Shown piece after piece: positions 11,401 through 22,837 of a stretch of 40,276 bases of DNA. The DNA is from Psammoneis japonica. Taxonomy: Eukaryota. The DNA lies in assembly GCA_008632985.1 (NCBI GenBank), contig QPGO01000063.1, positions 372,001-412,276 on the forward strand, given 5' to 3'. Below the pieces are notes generated by a model that did no database searches, had not been told where the DNA came from, and saw only the letters and a list, made by a program, of their open reading frames with translations. A program made the position numbers and the translations under genes. The first letter of the stretch is position 1, and each line of letters begins with the position of its first letter.

Positions 11401-11800
11401 AACAAGGACAGCGTTGGGTGAGATCACTGACTGCCAAAGCACATGACATGTCCTGGGATCAGCAGGAACGTCAAAATGGCATCGCCCATCATCCTGCTGC
11501 TGCAATGATCACAGAAGCACAGGTCAAAAAAGCAAAAGAGAGGGTCTGCTGCAAGTTTGCTCTGGGTCCCCAACAACTGCTGCCAATGGACAAGCATTTG
11601 TTTGATGCTGCACTCAATGAGCTGCTTTGGAGCACACTTGAGTGCTTGAGAGCATGGCTTGACAATGTGGGCACAGCAAGAGATGCTCGCCGTCGACAGC
11701 AAGGTGAAAGCAACAATGCTGCAAGTGGCTGGGAATTCATGCTGTGCTGGCTGCGAGGTGCGAACACTGACATTTGATGGTGGGCGATGCCAAGGCTGTT
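8440..11800 (+). mobile_element. Decayed, 5'-truncated non-LTR retrotransposon with RT, RNase H and C-terminal Cys motif (diatom Ambal-like)
   Basis: RT remnants DVKSCFD (~8462), GIGQGNGVG (~8641), FCFIND for FVDD (~8750) and thumb region GIRLAVDRNN...KTLEHPLPALT. RNase H remnants HAEIKG, IRCDS, NVKGHLDD. CPRC...H knuckle at ~11054. Many stops and frameshifts; boundaries approximate. Confidence 0.8.
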
Positions 11801-12210
11801 TGGCAGTGCCACAAGCGGCAATCTGTGCTGAGTTGTTCACTCACATTTGTCACAAAATCTGTGAGAGAATCGTCTGCCACAAGAGAAGTAAAGAACAATC
11901 AACCTTTCTGGTGTTTCTACGATGGAAAATTATGAGCAATTCTAAAGACATCCAAGTCACCGAACAACAATAAATTGTTGTGACAGTTAAATCGTGACAT
12001 CTCTTGTCACTTCTGACACTCCATGGTAGACGGACAGACACCCAAATCGTTGGCGGAATTCCATTCCCGGTCAAAGGTATCGTATGATACGGTAGACTAC
12101 CGGTAGTATGGTACGGTAGGTGAGGTCAGAGCGAGCGACGAGCGAGGAGCGAGGAGTCTCCAGTCGAACACAACGAAGCAGCGGTGCTATTTAAAGCACT
12201 CTTAAAGGTA

Positions 12211-13203
12211 ATGCCATTTCGTACCAGATCAGCTCCCCTTCAGGTCAGATTGTCAATGATTCATCGGTGCATTTTACTGCTCCTTGTACTGTTGCTCCTG
12301 ACTTCCCTGTTGATGGTGAGCACACTCACAGCTGCCAATGATAACACGGAAATGTTTAATGCTCCACCTGGGGCTCCTATGATGAAAACGACGAACAAAT
12401 CGGAAATCAAAACAATTGCGATTCTAGGAGAACGTAACTCCGGCACGACATGGATGCTCAAAGAGATACAGCGATGTTATGGCGAGAACTTTGAGATTCT
12501 AAACCATCTGACGCGACATAAGCATGCCTTTCAATACGATACCAGAAAACCTCGTAATCGAACGCTAGTTGTGTCCGAATTTCGAGACCCGTACCAATAT
12601 GTTTTGGCAATGATTGAAAAGCCTCGCAAAGCTATTGCGCATCGACAAATGGATTGGAAAACCTTTGTGACGACACAGTGGACCACGAAACGCGAAGAAT
12701 CAGACAAGAAGTATGCCAACAGCACTGACCCCGTCTGTCAAGATCGTTACAAGTATGCGGAAGTCGTTCCGTGCGAACATGACAATGTACGACCAAACGA
12801 ATATTTGACCAACAAACGACTGCGGTACAACGAGAAAGAGCCAACTCGCGAGGAACCAATTCAAGATATCCCACTTTATGAAATGAAACGTGACGGATCG
12901 GGCGAGCCATTTGCCAGCATTGTCGATTTGCGTGCTGAAAAGATTCGCAATCACGCTGTAGAGGTTAAAGATTTCTCCTTTGTTGAAGACGTCGTTATCG
13001 TAAGATACGAGGATTTGCTACAGGAAGGGACGGCACCCTTGCACCAACAAATATCAGAGATTGTAGGGACCAAGCCTCACTGCGATGCGACGCCGCCACA
13101 GAAGGATCGGCCGCAACGTCAAATCAAGGATGATTTCAAAAATTGGATGGACGAGCACGTTGATTGGAATGCTGAAGCTCTTATCGGATATAAGAAGTAT
13201 TAG
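12211..13203 (+). CDS. Secreted or membrane-anchored P-loop sulfotransferase-like protein (GERNSGT family)
   Basis: Intact ORF with first ATG at 12211. N-terminal hydrophobic segment, ILGERNSGT motif, RDPY and VRYEDL motifs typical of sulfotransferase-like folds. Normal TpA/CpG and Tyr content. Confidence 0.8.
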   Translation: MPFRTRSAPLQVRLSMIHRCILLLLVLLLLTSLLMVSTLTAANDNTEMFNAPPGAPMMKTTNKSEIKTIAILGERNSGTTWMLKEIQRCYGENFEILNHLTRHKHAFQYDTRKPRNRTLVVSEFRDPYQYVLAMIEKPRKAIAHRQMDWKTFVTTQWTTKREESDKKYANSTDPVCQDRYKYAEVVPCEHDNVRPNEYLTNKRLRYNEKEPTREEPIQDIPLYEMKRDGSGEPFASIVDLRAEKIRNHAVEVKDFSFVEDVVIVRYEDLLQEGTAPLHQQISEIVGTKPHCDATPPQKDRPQRQIKDDFKNWMDEHVDWNAEALIGYKKY

Positions 13204-14548
13204 TAGCATATTTTTTTACAACTGACACTATCGCATCGATTCGCCACATTTTTGACTCATTCTAGAGATTCGCCGGCGAAGTCACTCAGACAACAGTTCT
13301 TCACGCCGACAGAATGCAACCCGGACAGCATTTCCCGTATTGTTAGATCCACCATATCCTTATACGCAGGCGTACGGCGGATCACCTTTTTTTTCGCGTA
13401 ACGGAGACTGTCCACGTGTCGTTCGGCCTCCTCTGTCAGGAGCTTCCGACACTCATTATTAGAAGCATTGAATGTCGTCTTTGCTGCTATTGCCTCCCAG
13501 TCAAAGCTCCGTTCCAGAATATTAACATAAAAAAGGTTTTCATTGAAAGCTTCATCTTGAAGCAAATGAGAGGTTGAATCATGCTTCGCAAGTTTTTTGT
13601 CGGCCCAAAGCGCCATGTTTCGAAGCAACTCCACGGCCTTACCAACACCTTCGTGAAGTCGTCGTTGGTAAGCAGTTGAATTACAAAAGATAGTACTGAA
13701 TTGGCGATCCAGATCCAAATGATGAAGATTTCCATCTTTGTCCATCAGCACTTGAAAGTCATGAGTGAATAATGGCACTGCCTTGATCAGCTCCAGTGTT
13801 GTTTTGGCATCGCGCTCAAGGTTACGGGCAAATTTCTGTACTTCCGTGGGGAAATACTCCAGTTTACGCTGAACGACATCCCAACTTGATCCTTTCACCA
13901 ATAAATGTGGATCCGGTGCAACTTTGACTCTTTGGATCATCACATTCTTACCAGTGATGTACTTTTCTTCGAGTTGCTTTCTTTTGTTTGCGTTGCGTAG
14001 GTTTGAGCTCAGCAGAGCGGCGGAAGAGTCTGTGACATTCACATAGCTGGGAGGCCCCAAAAGAAAATGGCTTATTCCAAACTCATTCGTGAGATACTGT
14101 GATAACTTCCATCCTTCTTCCATCTGAACAGTTCGCTCGTTTCCAACGTTGGAGACGATCAAGTACCCTAGGTGTTTGTCGGCCTTGTCATAAAAGAAGC
14201 ATTTGACAGCACCACAAAGTCCACCAATATTCATGTTCAGTCGATTCCAGTCAAAAATATCTTCAGAAATGTTAGGCATAGAAATGTTCAAATCACTCTC
14301 TTTTCTTTCAGGTGTTGAAAAATCCAAATCGTTCTCTTCTCTTTGCTGTTGTTGTCCTAAAACACTTGCCTGCAAATGCATCTCTGTCAGAGAAACAAAT
14401 GCGAAACTGAAGAATAGCACTAACTGGAGGATGAAAAGTTTTGGTTTGCTTGCTTTGTCTTTGTACAAATGCATAGTAGGAAGCGACTTTATGCTCTTGT
14501 TTTTTTTTTTTTTGTTCTGAACAAGACAGAAGGAATCATCTAATGATG
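13097..14548. repeat. Segmental duplication copy A (3' end of the GERNSGT gene plus most of the convergent gene)
   Basis: Collinear, highly similar direct copy at ~21413-22837. Confidence 0.92.
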
Positions 14549-14597
14549 ATCGCTCAATAGCTTGTGGTTTTTTCGGCGGATGATGCATGATGGTCAT
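13257..14597 (-). CDS. Hypothetical type II membrane protein, 446 aa (GxCGxxKCFF...DFQVLMDKDGNLHHLDLDR; possibly an atypical kinase-like fold)
   Basis: Intact long ORF with a basic N-terminus, one hydrophobic helix and normal composition. Paralog at 21561-22830. The fold guess is inference only. Confidence 0.8.
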   Translation of the reverse strand: MTIMHHPPKKPQAIERSSLDDSFCLVQNKKKKNKSIKSLPTMHLYKDKASKPKLFILQLVLFFSFAFVSLTEMHLQASVLGQQQQREENDLDFSTPERKESDLNISMPNISEDIFDWNRLNMNIGGLCGAVKCFFYDKADKHLGYLIVSNVGNERTVQMEEGWKLSQYLTNEFGISHFLLGPPSYVNVTDSSAALLSSNLRNANKRKQLEEKYITGKNVMIQRVKVAPDPHLLVKGSSWDVVQRKLEYFPTEVQKFARNLERDAKTTLELIKAVPLFTHDFQVLMDKDGNLHHLDLDRQFSTIFCNSTAYQRRLHEGVGKAVELLRNMALWADKKLAKHDSTSHLLQDEAFNENLFYVNILERSFDWEAIAAKTTFNASNNECRKLLTEEAERHVDSLRYAKKKVIRRTPAYKDMVDLTIREMLSGLHSVGVKNCCLSDFAGESLE

Positions 14598-14699
14598 GAT
14601 TCATGATGGTGCGTCGGAGGGAAGTTTCAGTCGTGAGTCGAGTCCCACTATGCATTAGTCCCACGGAGAGCGAATCCTGCGCGACAGTTGGTCCCCAGC

Positions 14700-17600
14700 C
14701 ATGGAGGAGCCAAGTCTGAAGTCTCAGGGAGAGCAAGTCTGGGACAGTCAGAAGAGAGCCTTGCATTGTGTGCCCATAATTTTAAAAGAACAGCAGATTT
14801 TAAAAGATGCCCTTAGCACAGAGGCCACAGGAGCCATCAAACATGGCATCAAACCTTCCCAAACAAGAATGTGTGTTTTGTCACTCGAGAGATCAACAAG
14901 GAGGGATTTGGGAATGACCTCACAGACCTTGCAACAGCCCATCAATCACTTCCTTTGTCATTCTGCAACCTGCCACATGAACCACTCAGAGTGCAAAATT
15001 CCATCAAATTTCCAATTGGTGCAATTTTCCAACATTGGCTCAAACACAAAAGAAGTGCTTTTCTCTTTGTCACGACCTCGTTGTTGGCTGCCACCCCAGC
15101 CTCCTTTCCAGCCAGCCACTCCTTTTTTGCCATGAATCTCTTGGCAAGGTTTTGGAGTTTTCAACCATTGCAACAATTTTCAGAAATTTTTTGGCACCAA
15201 AAATTCCCACTCTGGCTGCCTCAAGAGCCACCTGTCCCAGGGGGTCGAAGCCAGATTCAGAACATCCAGGGGACCTGGGTGCACCTCCAAAACTTGCACT
15301 GGGTGCATCAACAAAACCATGCATGATGGAACAAATGCCAGTGAAAAGACCATGAAGAGCCATCACACCAGGGGCAGAAGATGGAAGATCACAAAAAGAA
15401 AGGGGTCTGAGGGCATCGATGTCGCACTTGAGTTTCTGAGCAAGGGGGGGGGGGGACTTTGTTGGGCAAGAAGCACTTCCAGGATCATGTGCAGTTGTCA
15501 TGGGCAGGTTCGGGGAGACAAGTGGGGTCATGCCAGCAGCATTTGACAATTTTGAGTGCCCGCCAGCACTGGGGGAGGGGCTCAAAGACCGAAAAGTGGC
15601 CAGCCCCAATTGATGGATGTCTGAGATGGAGAGTGTGCTCCCTTGTGTCAGACAGACTGGCTCATGTGGGCTGGAGTGATCCAATGATGATCTCTCCTTT
15701 CTCACTTTCTCTCAGCTCTGGTGCATGGCTGCATCTGTCCCAGACATCAACAGATCCTCATCCCAACACCAGCAGATTGCAAGATTGCTTGTGAGCAGCA
15801 GTTGTGTGCTGTTTGCATTTCTTGACACAAGCACGCTCCCCCTTGACATGTTGTCATCATGACCACCACAGAACACACGCCAGTGCTCTGCACAAGAATT
15901 TGATTTTTGTTCTTCCCATAAAACCATGGTCAACAAGAATGCAAACACAGCCAATGAGACTGAGATCAAGCCAATGCTGGTTAAACCCAACCCACACAAT
16001 CACTCACCTGATGCCCATCAACACCTGAGTGCCCTTCACTCTGATGAGACACAACTGTTCCTGAAGATCTTCTGGACTGATTTGCTCTTCCTCCAAGCCT
16101 CAAGAGCAATGCTGTTGCATGTGTCCATCATGAGATCATTCAGGGTCTTGTCATTCTCTGAGCTGTGCCAGCTGAGGATCTCACAAGGATTGGGCTGGTC
16201 ATGGACAGTGCTCCTCTTTTTGTGGTGGCTGCCCCATTTAAGTTCTCCAATTCATCTGAACCATGCCCATCTTTAGAAGGCCAAGATGCAGGCTGTCTTG
16301 CAGGATTGGGATGCTGTGACAACACATGTTGAGACCCTCTGTCTCCACTTTTGTCCTGGTTTTGAGTGTCGTGACCATTGGAAGAACACACATCAGATGG
16401 TCCATGCCCCAAGTCCTCTCATTCTTGGAGTTCTTCATCTCAACTGGCTGCCAGTTTAGATCCTGCTCCTGGAGATTTTGTGCCAAGGTTTCAGCTGCCC
16501 ATTTGCCTGGCCCAAAAGAGTGTGGGCAAACTGTGGCCAATGCATTGGAGAGTGCTCCACCACCTCCCAAAAATGCTGCCTCAACCACACCTCCATCTGC
16601 TGTCCTGTGTGCCTTCAACCCCAAAAGACTTCCTTTGGATGTGTTGACTCACTGCCAATGCAACGAAGACAGCAAGATGATTTTGGGAAAGTTTTTGGCT
16701 CCCTGCAAGCCATGCAACTGCTTGTGTTGTGTGAAGATGGTGATGACTCTTCTTTTTTGTTGCACAATGAGTGGGATGCCAAGTCTTTGCTGTGGGATCC
16801 CCATGCTTGCAATTGCACTTCTCTGCAAGGAATGTTTGCATGTGGTGCATTGCTGTGACCCAGCAGGCATGGCTTGTGGCATCCACATGTGTGCATGTTT
16901 CATCAAAGATGGAGACAATTGTGATGATTTTCACTTTGAATGTGAGGGCCTCTTGCACAGATGAAGCTGACTTTTTGACAGCACACTCAGAATGTTGGGG
17001 GCCATGCTTCTGACTGTGTTGGTGTCAACAACAAACCTGTTGGATTGCTGTCTGTGATCACTTTTCTTGTGCAGTCCATGGTGTTGCACGGGTTTCCAAG
17101 GCCAGTCCTCTCAAATGGCTTTGCTGATTTTTGGATCAACATTGGCCACATTGCTGTGACAAACACATGTTTGTGGATCAGGTGAGAATCATGCACACAA
17201 AAGTCCAAAAGTTTGTGACCTTTCTTGTCAAGAATTCCACTGTGACTTGTGCCCTTCTGGTGTTGGCACATCCAGTCAATGTGGGCCTTTTTAATGCTCA
17301 CATTTGACTGTTGAAAATGTGGTTTGTGCACTTTTGATTGTGTTGCCAACCTTCCAATTCAATTCTGGACCTTTGTTCTGTCACTGCCTGTGAACCAACA
17401 ATGCCACTCCATCAAAAGATCAAGATGCTTCTCCTTGCTGTTGCTGCTGGCAAGGTTGAGGATGCAGCTGCATCAAGGTCATTTGGATGTTGCACATGGG
17501 CAAAGCAGCCATCCAACTGACCTGTTCAATTCACAACAAACTCCAAGAAGGGTGTCTTCTGTGGTTGTCCTTCTAATGCCTTGAATGACATGCTCTGGTG

Positions 17601-19200
17601 GGATCTAGAGATTGACAAGGTCAAGACAGCCAATCAAGTGCAATGTGATGAGGCCATGTTGTAGTTGTGGCATCGCGTTTACATTTTCAGATGGGAGCTG
17701 GTGTCGTGTGGAGAACATTCTTCACACGAAATGAAATTCCTGCCATGGAAAGGGATGCACAACTTCTGACCAAATGGTTTCGCGCAACAGATGATGCAAG
17801 TGTTTTCGGAATGTGCTCAGCACGGCCATGCAACACAGCCTGAATGAAACTGTCTGCCCTCATGATGTTGACATGTTGTGACTGTTCACAGCATTCCGTT
17901 TCATGATGAAGACAATGTGGATCACTCTTCCTGTGCCACACACAAACACTGCATTGTTTGTTGGCAGAGTTTGCCATTACACTCCCGGGTTGGGACACAG
18001 AAAAAAATTGCTGCTGGGGTTCTTTGTCGATCATTCATGCCAAGGCTGATGGTTGTCAGCACAGAAGATTGGAGTGTCCAGGACAAGGATCAGATGTCAT
18101 TGAGTTTGAAGGAAGATGGCTCTTTTTTTCAGTGACAACAAGCAACCACCAGTGAAGGGAGTGCAGGAGGAACCAGAACTCTAGAACATGGGGGAGCAGG
18201 AAGCTTGGGTTCGGCAGATCAACCAGCATGTTCAGAGTGCCAACTTTTTCACTGTGGAGTTGCTCACTTTGAACAACAAATGTGCAAATGTTTTTAAGCA
18301 GGGTTTTCCTTGGGTTGAAACTGCACACACATTGGAGCAGAAACAAAATGAGTCCACAACCACCTCTGCAGGTGTGTCAAAAAATCTGTGAACTCACATT
18401 TTTGCCACCCTCATGTCATGCCTCAGTGATGCACCTGTGCAAATTTACAGAGCTGACCTTTTTTGTCAGCCCCTTCATGGAGAGCACCAGTTGTTGAACA
18501 TTTCACCACAGTCAGTGTCACTTGTGGTGCAGGAGCCCCAAGGTGATTGCCAGAAAGTTGTGTCAGGCACGGCGGGCAGGAAAAACTTTGGGGCAAATCA
18601 AGCAGGGTTGGCAGCCACCATTCACTGCACTGCTCCACACCACAAAAATTTCATCACAACCTGTGGGGACAGCAAAGAATGGGGCAGAAATCCATGGTCT
18701 CCATTCTGGCCCAACAGGGAGGAGCAACCAGAGCCAACAACACCCTTGATCAACATGGGCCCACAGCTTTTCCACAAGCAAGTCCCAGTCATGCCAACAG
18801 ATTTGCTCCACCCATTTGGGGACAATGCATGGAGTGGGGGACAAAGTGCAGAACAACGGGGCACCATCCTTTGCTTCCTTGTGCCTTGTGCCAAAGCAGG
18901 GAGGCATCATTTCCAAAATGTCTGACTTTCATCTGCCAGTTCCCACCAAGAAGCCTGCACAATCCAGGGAAAGACATTGTTCAAAGTGGTTGAGAAGTTG
19001 CCAGAAAATGTTGCAAGCTGTGAAGGACAGATTTCTTTGAATGACCCAGCAGAAATTGTGGCCAAATGACTTTCCTGTGTGGCATTTTCCAACTCAGCAC
19101 CAGTGCCCCCAACTGCCCACAGGGAGAGGTGTCAATTGTGGCCTTGTCTGCCTCAGTTGCTGTCAGCACATCACTTGCGCTGCTTGGCTCCCAAAGCCAA
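14700..19200. other. Heavily mutated repeat-derived block of unidentified origin
   Basis: Nearly devoid of TpA and CpG, with many short overlapping ORFs and no motif I can assign confidently. Confidence 0.5.
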
Positions 19201-19209
19201 CTAAAATGA

Positions 19210-19246
19210 TGTTTCCTGAATGTGCATTTTGGTCAGACCAAATTGC
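19210..19246 (+). repeat. Solo fragment of the TIR of the 176-531 MITE family
   Basis: TGTTTCCTGAATGTGCATTTTGGTCAGACCAAATTG matches 179-214, with its CpG sites decayed. Confidence 0.8.
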
Positions 19247-19369
19247 CAAGCTCAAGTGTGAGCCTTGCTTGCTGCATTTCTCCACTTGTTTGTCTCCTTT
19301 TGTGCTCCTTGGCACTGCGCCTCCCTCAACTTGTGGTGGCACCGACAATGCCTCAGCACCCCAGCAGGC

Positions 19370-21412
19370 ATTCCCATGACAACCGTGTGTCCACTCTGAG
19401 TGCAATGCATTGGTGCCATTTTTGCACTTCTCACACTGGCTGATCATCAAGATGGCACACTGGGCAGCATTCAGGTTGAACTGCTTTTTGTGACAAAAGG
19501 TGGGGTCTCCCATCAGCACAGAGCCCACATGCCATCATCACAACAGGTCTTGAGATTGACCACAACAAAAGTTGCCTCCTTTGGAGTTCTTCAAACAGTG
19601 CACACAAACACACAAGGAGAACAAAACAATGCCATGGTGAGTCACACAATCTGCCCCGCTGCCCTGAAACCAACTAGAGATCCAGGGTGAATGCTTTTTC
19701 ATGAGTCTTGTGACCAGCTGATGTGTCAACCAAAAACCCAACACCTGTGGCAACACCACCCATGCTCAGCACCATGATCAATCAGGTGTGCCACATCTTT
19801 TGAGATGCAACAAGGCATTAAAAGGCATCAACTTCCAGGGTCAACCAGGGTCAAAGCAACAAGTCTGTCATGGACAAAATTTCTGCATGTTCTCAAAACA
19901 ATGAGCAAGAGGACTCAATCTCAGACCCCCTGTGAGATGATGTCAATGACTGTGACAACTGACAGTGACTGTGACCCAGACAATGACCCTGACATTGAGG
20001 ATGACAGTTCTGCTCATGAGGCAAACATCGATGCCAACACCTGCCTCCGCCAAACAACTTCAACATGATGCCAAGACACTGGGCAACCCAACCAACACCT
20101 CACAAAATGGTCTCAATGCAGGTCTGGGAGGAGAGCCACTCAAAACCACACATCTGTGGACCACAACCCTGTCAAAAATGCAGGAGTGGGACAAGAGGCA
20201 TCTGATGAACAAGGCCAAATTGTGGACAAAACCAAGGGCCAAGTGACAGTCAACACTGACATCAACCAAAATGATGCCAAGCTTGGTGATGAAAGCCAAA
20301 CTGACCCTGTCAAGATCAAAAGGGATGTGGACAAAAATCACAGCAAGGGTGCACTGGTGAACATGCAATCCCCAGAAAAAAACCCAGATCATGTGACCAC
20401 CTGCACCTCACCATGCTCAGCATCAACTGCACCCAACACCCCATGAAAAAAGGACTCAAGATGTTTGGTGCAAAGGATGAGAAGGCAACAATGAAAGAAA
20501 TGGAGCAACTCAAGGTGATGGAGGTTCTCAAGCCTGTCAATGCCACTGCATCAACTGGCTAGAGAAGATGAAGGTGACACAAAACCACATGTTCCTCTGA
20601 GGCAGAAACAATGCGGCTGCATCTGGGGACAAGGATGCATGGACAGCCAACCCCAGAGAAGATGCATTCATCAAAAAGAAACACATTGGCACCTGCTTCC
20701 CACACCAAATTCATGCCACTGCTGCACACCATTGGCACTTAAGAGGGCAAGTCACAGCAATTTTGTGGACCTCCCAGGCTTCTTCATGCAGCTGGACCAA
20801 GAGGGAGATGTGTGCCTCCTGACAAGGCAGGAAGGGGTTGTGGCAGTGGACATCCTGCTCCATCTCAACTGTGAGAAAGATGCAAAATGTGTGGTTCACA
20901 AGAATGGCGAGAAGGTGCCACATGTTGAACTTCTGAAGGCACTTTGCGGGACCATGACCGGTGCACTGATGGCATGGAAGAAGCCAGCATGGATCCTCAA
21001 GAGTTGGGGATTTGAAGTGAACCCACACAACATGTGTGGCAAACAAGATTGTAGATTGGAAGCAATGTGTCATCTTGTGGCATGTGGATGACCTGAAGCC
21101 ATCACACGCAGACAGTGACATGATCCCAGACATGATCAAGCAGCTCAAGAAGGAACATGCCAAGCACTTTGGACCAACCATCACTTCAGGAGACCTGCAT
21201 GAATGCCTTGGGATGGCTGTCAACTCAAAGGGAAGGTCATGTTGAGCATGTTCCAAAATGTTGACAAGATCATGGACTCCTCAGTGCTGGCAGATGTGAA
21301 CGGCGAGAGCCCGACCCCAGCGGCGAACCATCTGTTCAACACAAACGAAAAGAACCTGTGGGAACGCTGAGTCCGGAGGACCAAGAAACCTTCCATTCTG
21401 TGGAGGCCAAGT
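19370..21412 (+). mobile_element. Decayed, truncated copia pol (integrase C-terminus to RT) of a second CoDi lineage
   Basis: ALKPTRDP (ALRPTGN motif), KKGLKMFG...KEMEQL, GQGCMDSQPQR (GRGCADGRPQR), VDLPGFFMQ, LKALCGT (KALYGT), WHVDDLK, HECLGM (HDYLGM). Cut off at 21412 by the gene duplication. Confidence 0.88.
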
Positions 21413-22837
21413 CACAGAAGGATTGGCCGCAACGTCAAACCAAGGAGGATTTCAAAGATTGGATGGACGGACACGTTGATTTGAATGCTGGAGCTGTTAT
21501 TGATATAAGAAGTATGCAGCATATATATTTAATAACTATTGCCATCGCACTGATTATGACTCATTCTAGAGATTCACCGGTGAAGTCACTCAGACCACAG
21601 TTCTTCACGCCGAGAGAATGCAGCCCAGACAGCATTTCCCGTATTGTTAGATCCACCATATCCTTATACGCAGGCGTACGGCGTCTCACCTTTAACTTCG
21701 CGTAACGGAGACTGTCCACGTGTCGTTCGGCCTCCTCTGTCAGGAGCTTCCGACACTCAACATTAGAAGCATTGAATGTCGTCTTTGCTGCTATTGCCTC
21801 CCAGTCAAAGCTCCGTTCCAGAATATCAACGTAACGGTTTTCATTGAAAGCTTTACCTCGAAGTAATCGAGAGGTTGAATCATGCTTCTCAAGTTTTTTG
21901 TCGGCCCAAAGTGCCATGTTTCGAAGCAACTCCACGGCCTTACCAACACCTTCGTGAAGTCGTCGTTGGTAAGCAGTTGAATTACAAAAGATAGTACTGA
22001 ATTGGCGATCCAGATCCAAATGATGAAGATTTCCATCTTTGTCCATCAGCACTTGAAAGTCATGGGTGAATAATGGCACTGCCTTGATCAGCTCCAGTGT
22101 TGTTTTGGTATCGCGTTCAAGGTTACGAGCAAATTTCTGTACTTCCGTTGGGAAATACTCCAGTTTACGCTGAACAATATCCCAACTTGATCCTTTCACC
22201 AACAAATGTGGATCCGGTGCAACTTTAACTTTTTGGATCATCACATTCTTACCAGCGATGTATTTTTCTTTGAGTTGCCTTCTTTTGTTTGCGTTGCGTA
22301 GGTTTGAGCTCAGCAGAGCGGCGGAAGAGTCTGTGATATTCACATAGCTGGGAGGCCCCAAAAGAAAATGGCTTATTCCAAACTCATTCGTGAGATACTG
22401 TGAAAGCTTCCATCCTTCTTCCATCTGAACAGTTCGCTCGTATCCAACGTTGGAGGCGATCAAGTACCCTAGGTGTTTGTCGCCCTTGTCATAAAAGAAG
22501 CATTTGACAGCACCACAAAGTCCACCAACATTCATGTTCAGTCGATTCCAGTCAAAGATATCTTTAGAAAATTAGGCATGGAAATGTCCAAATCATTCTC
22601 TTTACTTTCAGGTGTGGAAAAGTCCAAATCGTTCTCTTCTCTTTGCTGTTGTTGTCCTAAAACACGTGTCTGCAAATGCATCTCTGTCAGAGTAACAAAT
22701 ACGAGAGTGAAGAATAGCACTACCTGGAGGACGAAAGGTATTGGCTTGCTTGCTTTGTCTTTATACAACGGCATCGTGGGCAGCGACTCGACGCTCTTGA
22801 ATTTCCTTCTGAACAAGTCAGAAGGAATCTAATGATG
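21413..22837. repeat. Segmental duplication copy B, including a degenerate 3' fragment of the GERNSGT gene (21413-21516)
   Basis: CACAGAAGGATTGGCCGCAACGTCAAACCAAGGAGGATTTCAAAGATTGGATGGAC matches 13097 onward, and similarity continues to ~22837. Confidence 0.92.
21561..22830 (-). pseudogene. Paralog of the 446-aa type II membrane protein with a 1-bp frameshift near 22570 (pseudogene or assembly error)
   Basis: ORFs 22538-22816 and 21561-22535 together align to 13257-14597. Copy B is one base shorter at AGAAAATTAGG versus AGAAATGTTAGG. Confidence 0.75.
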
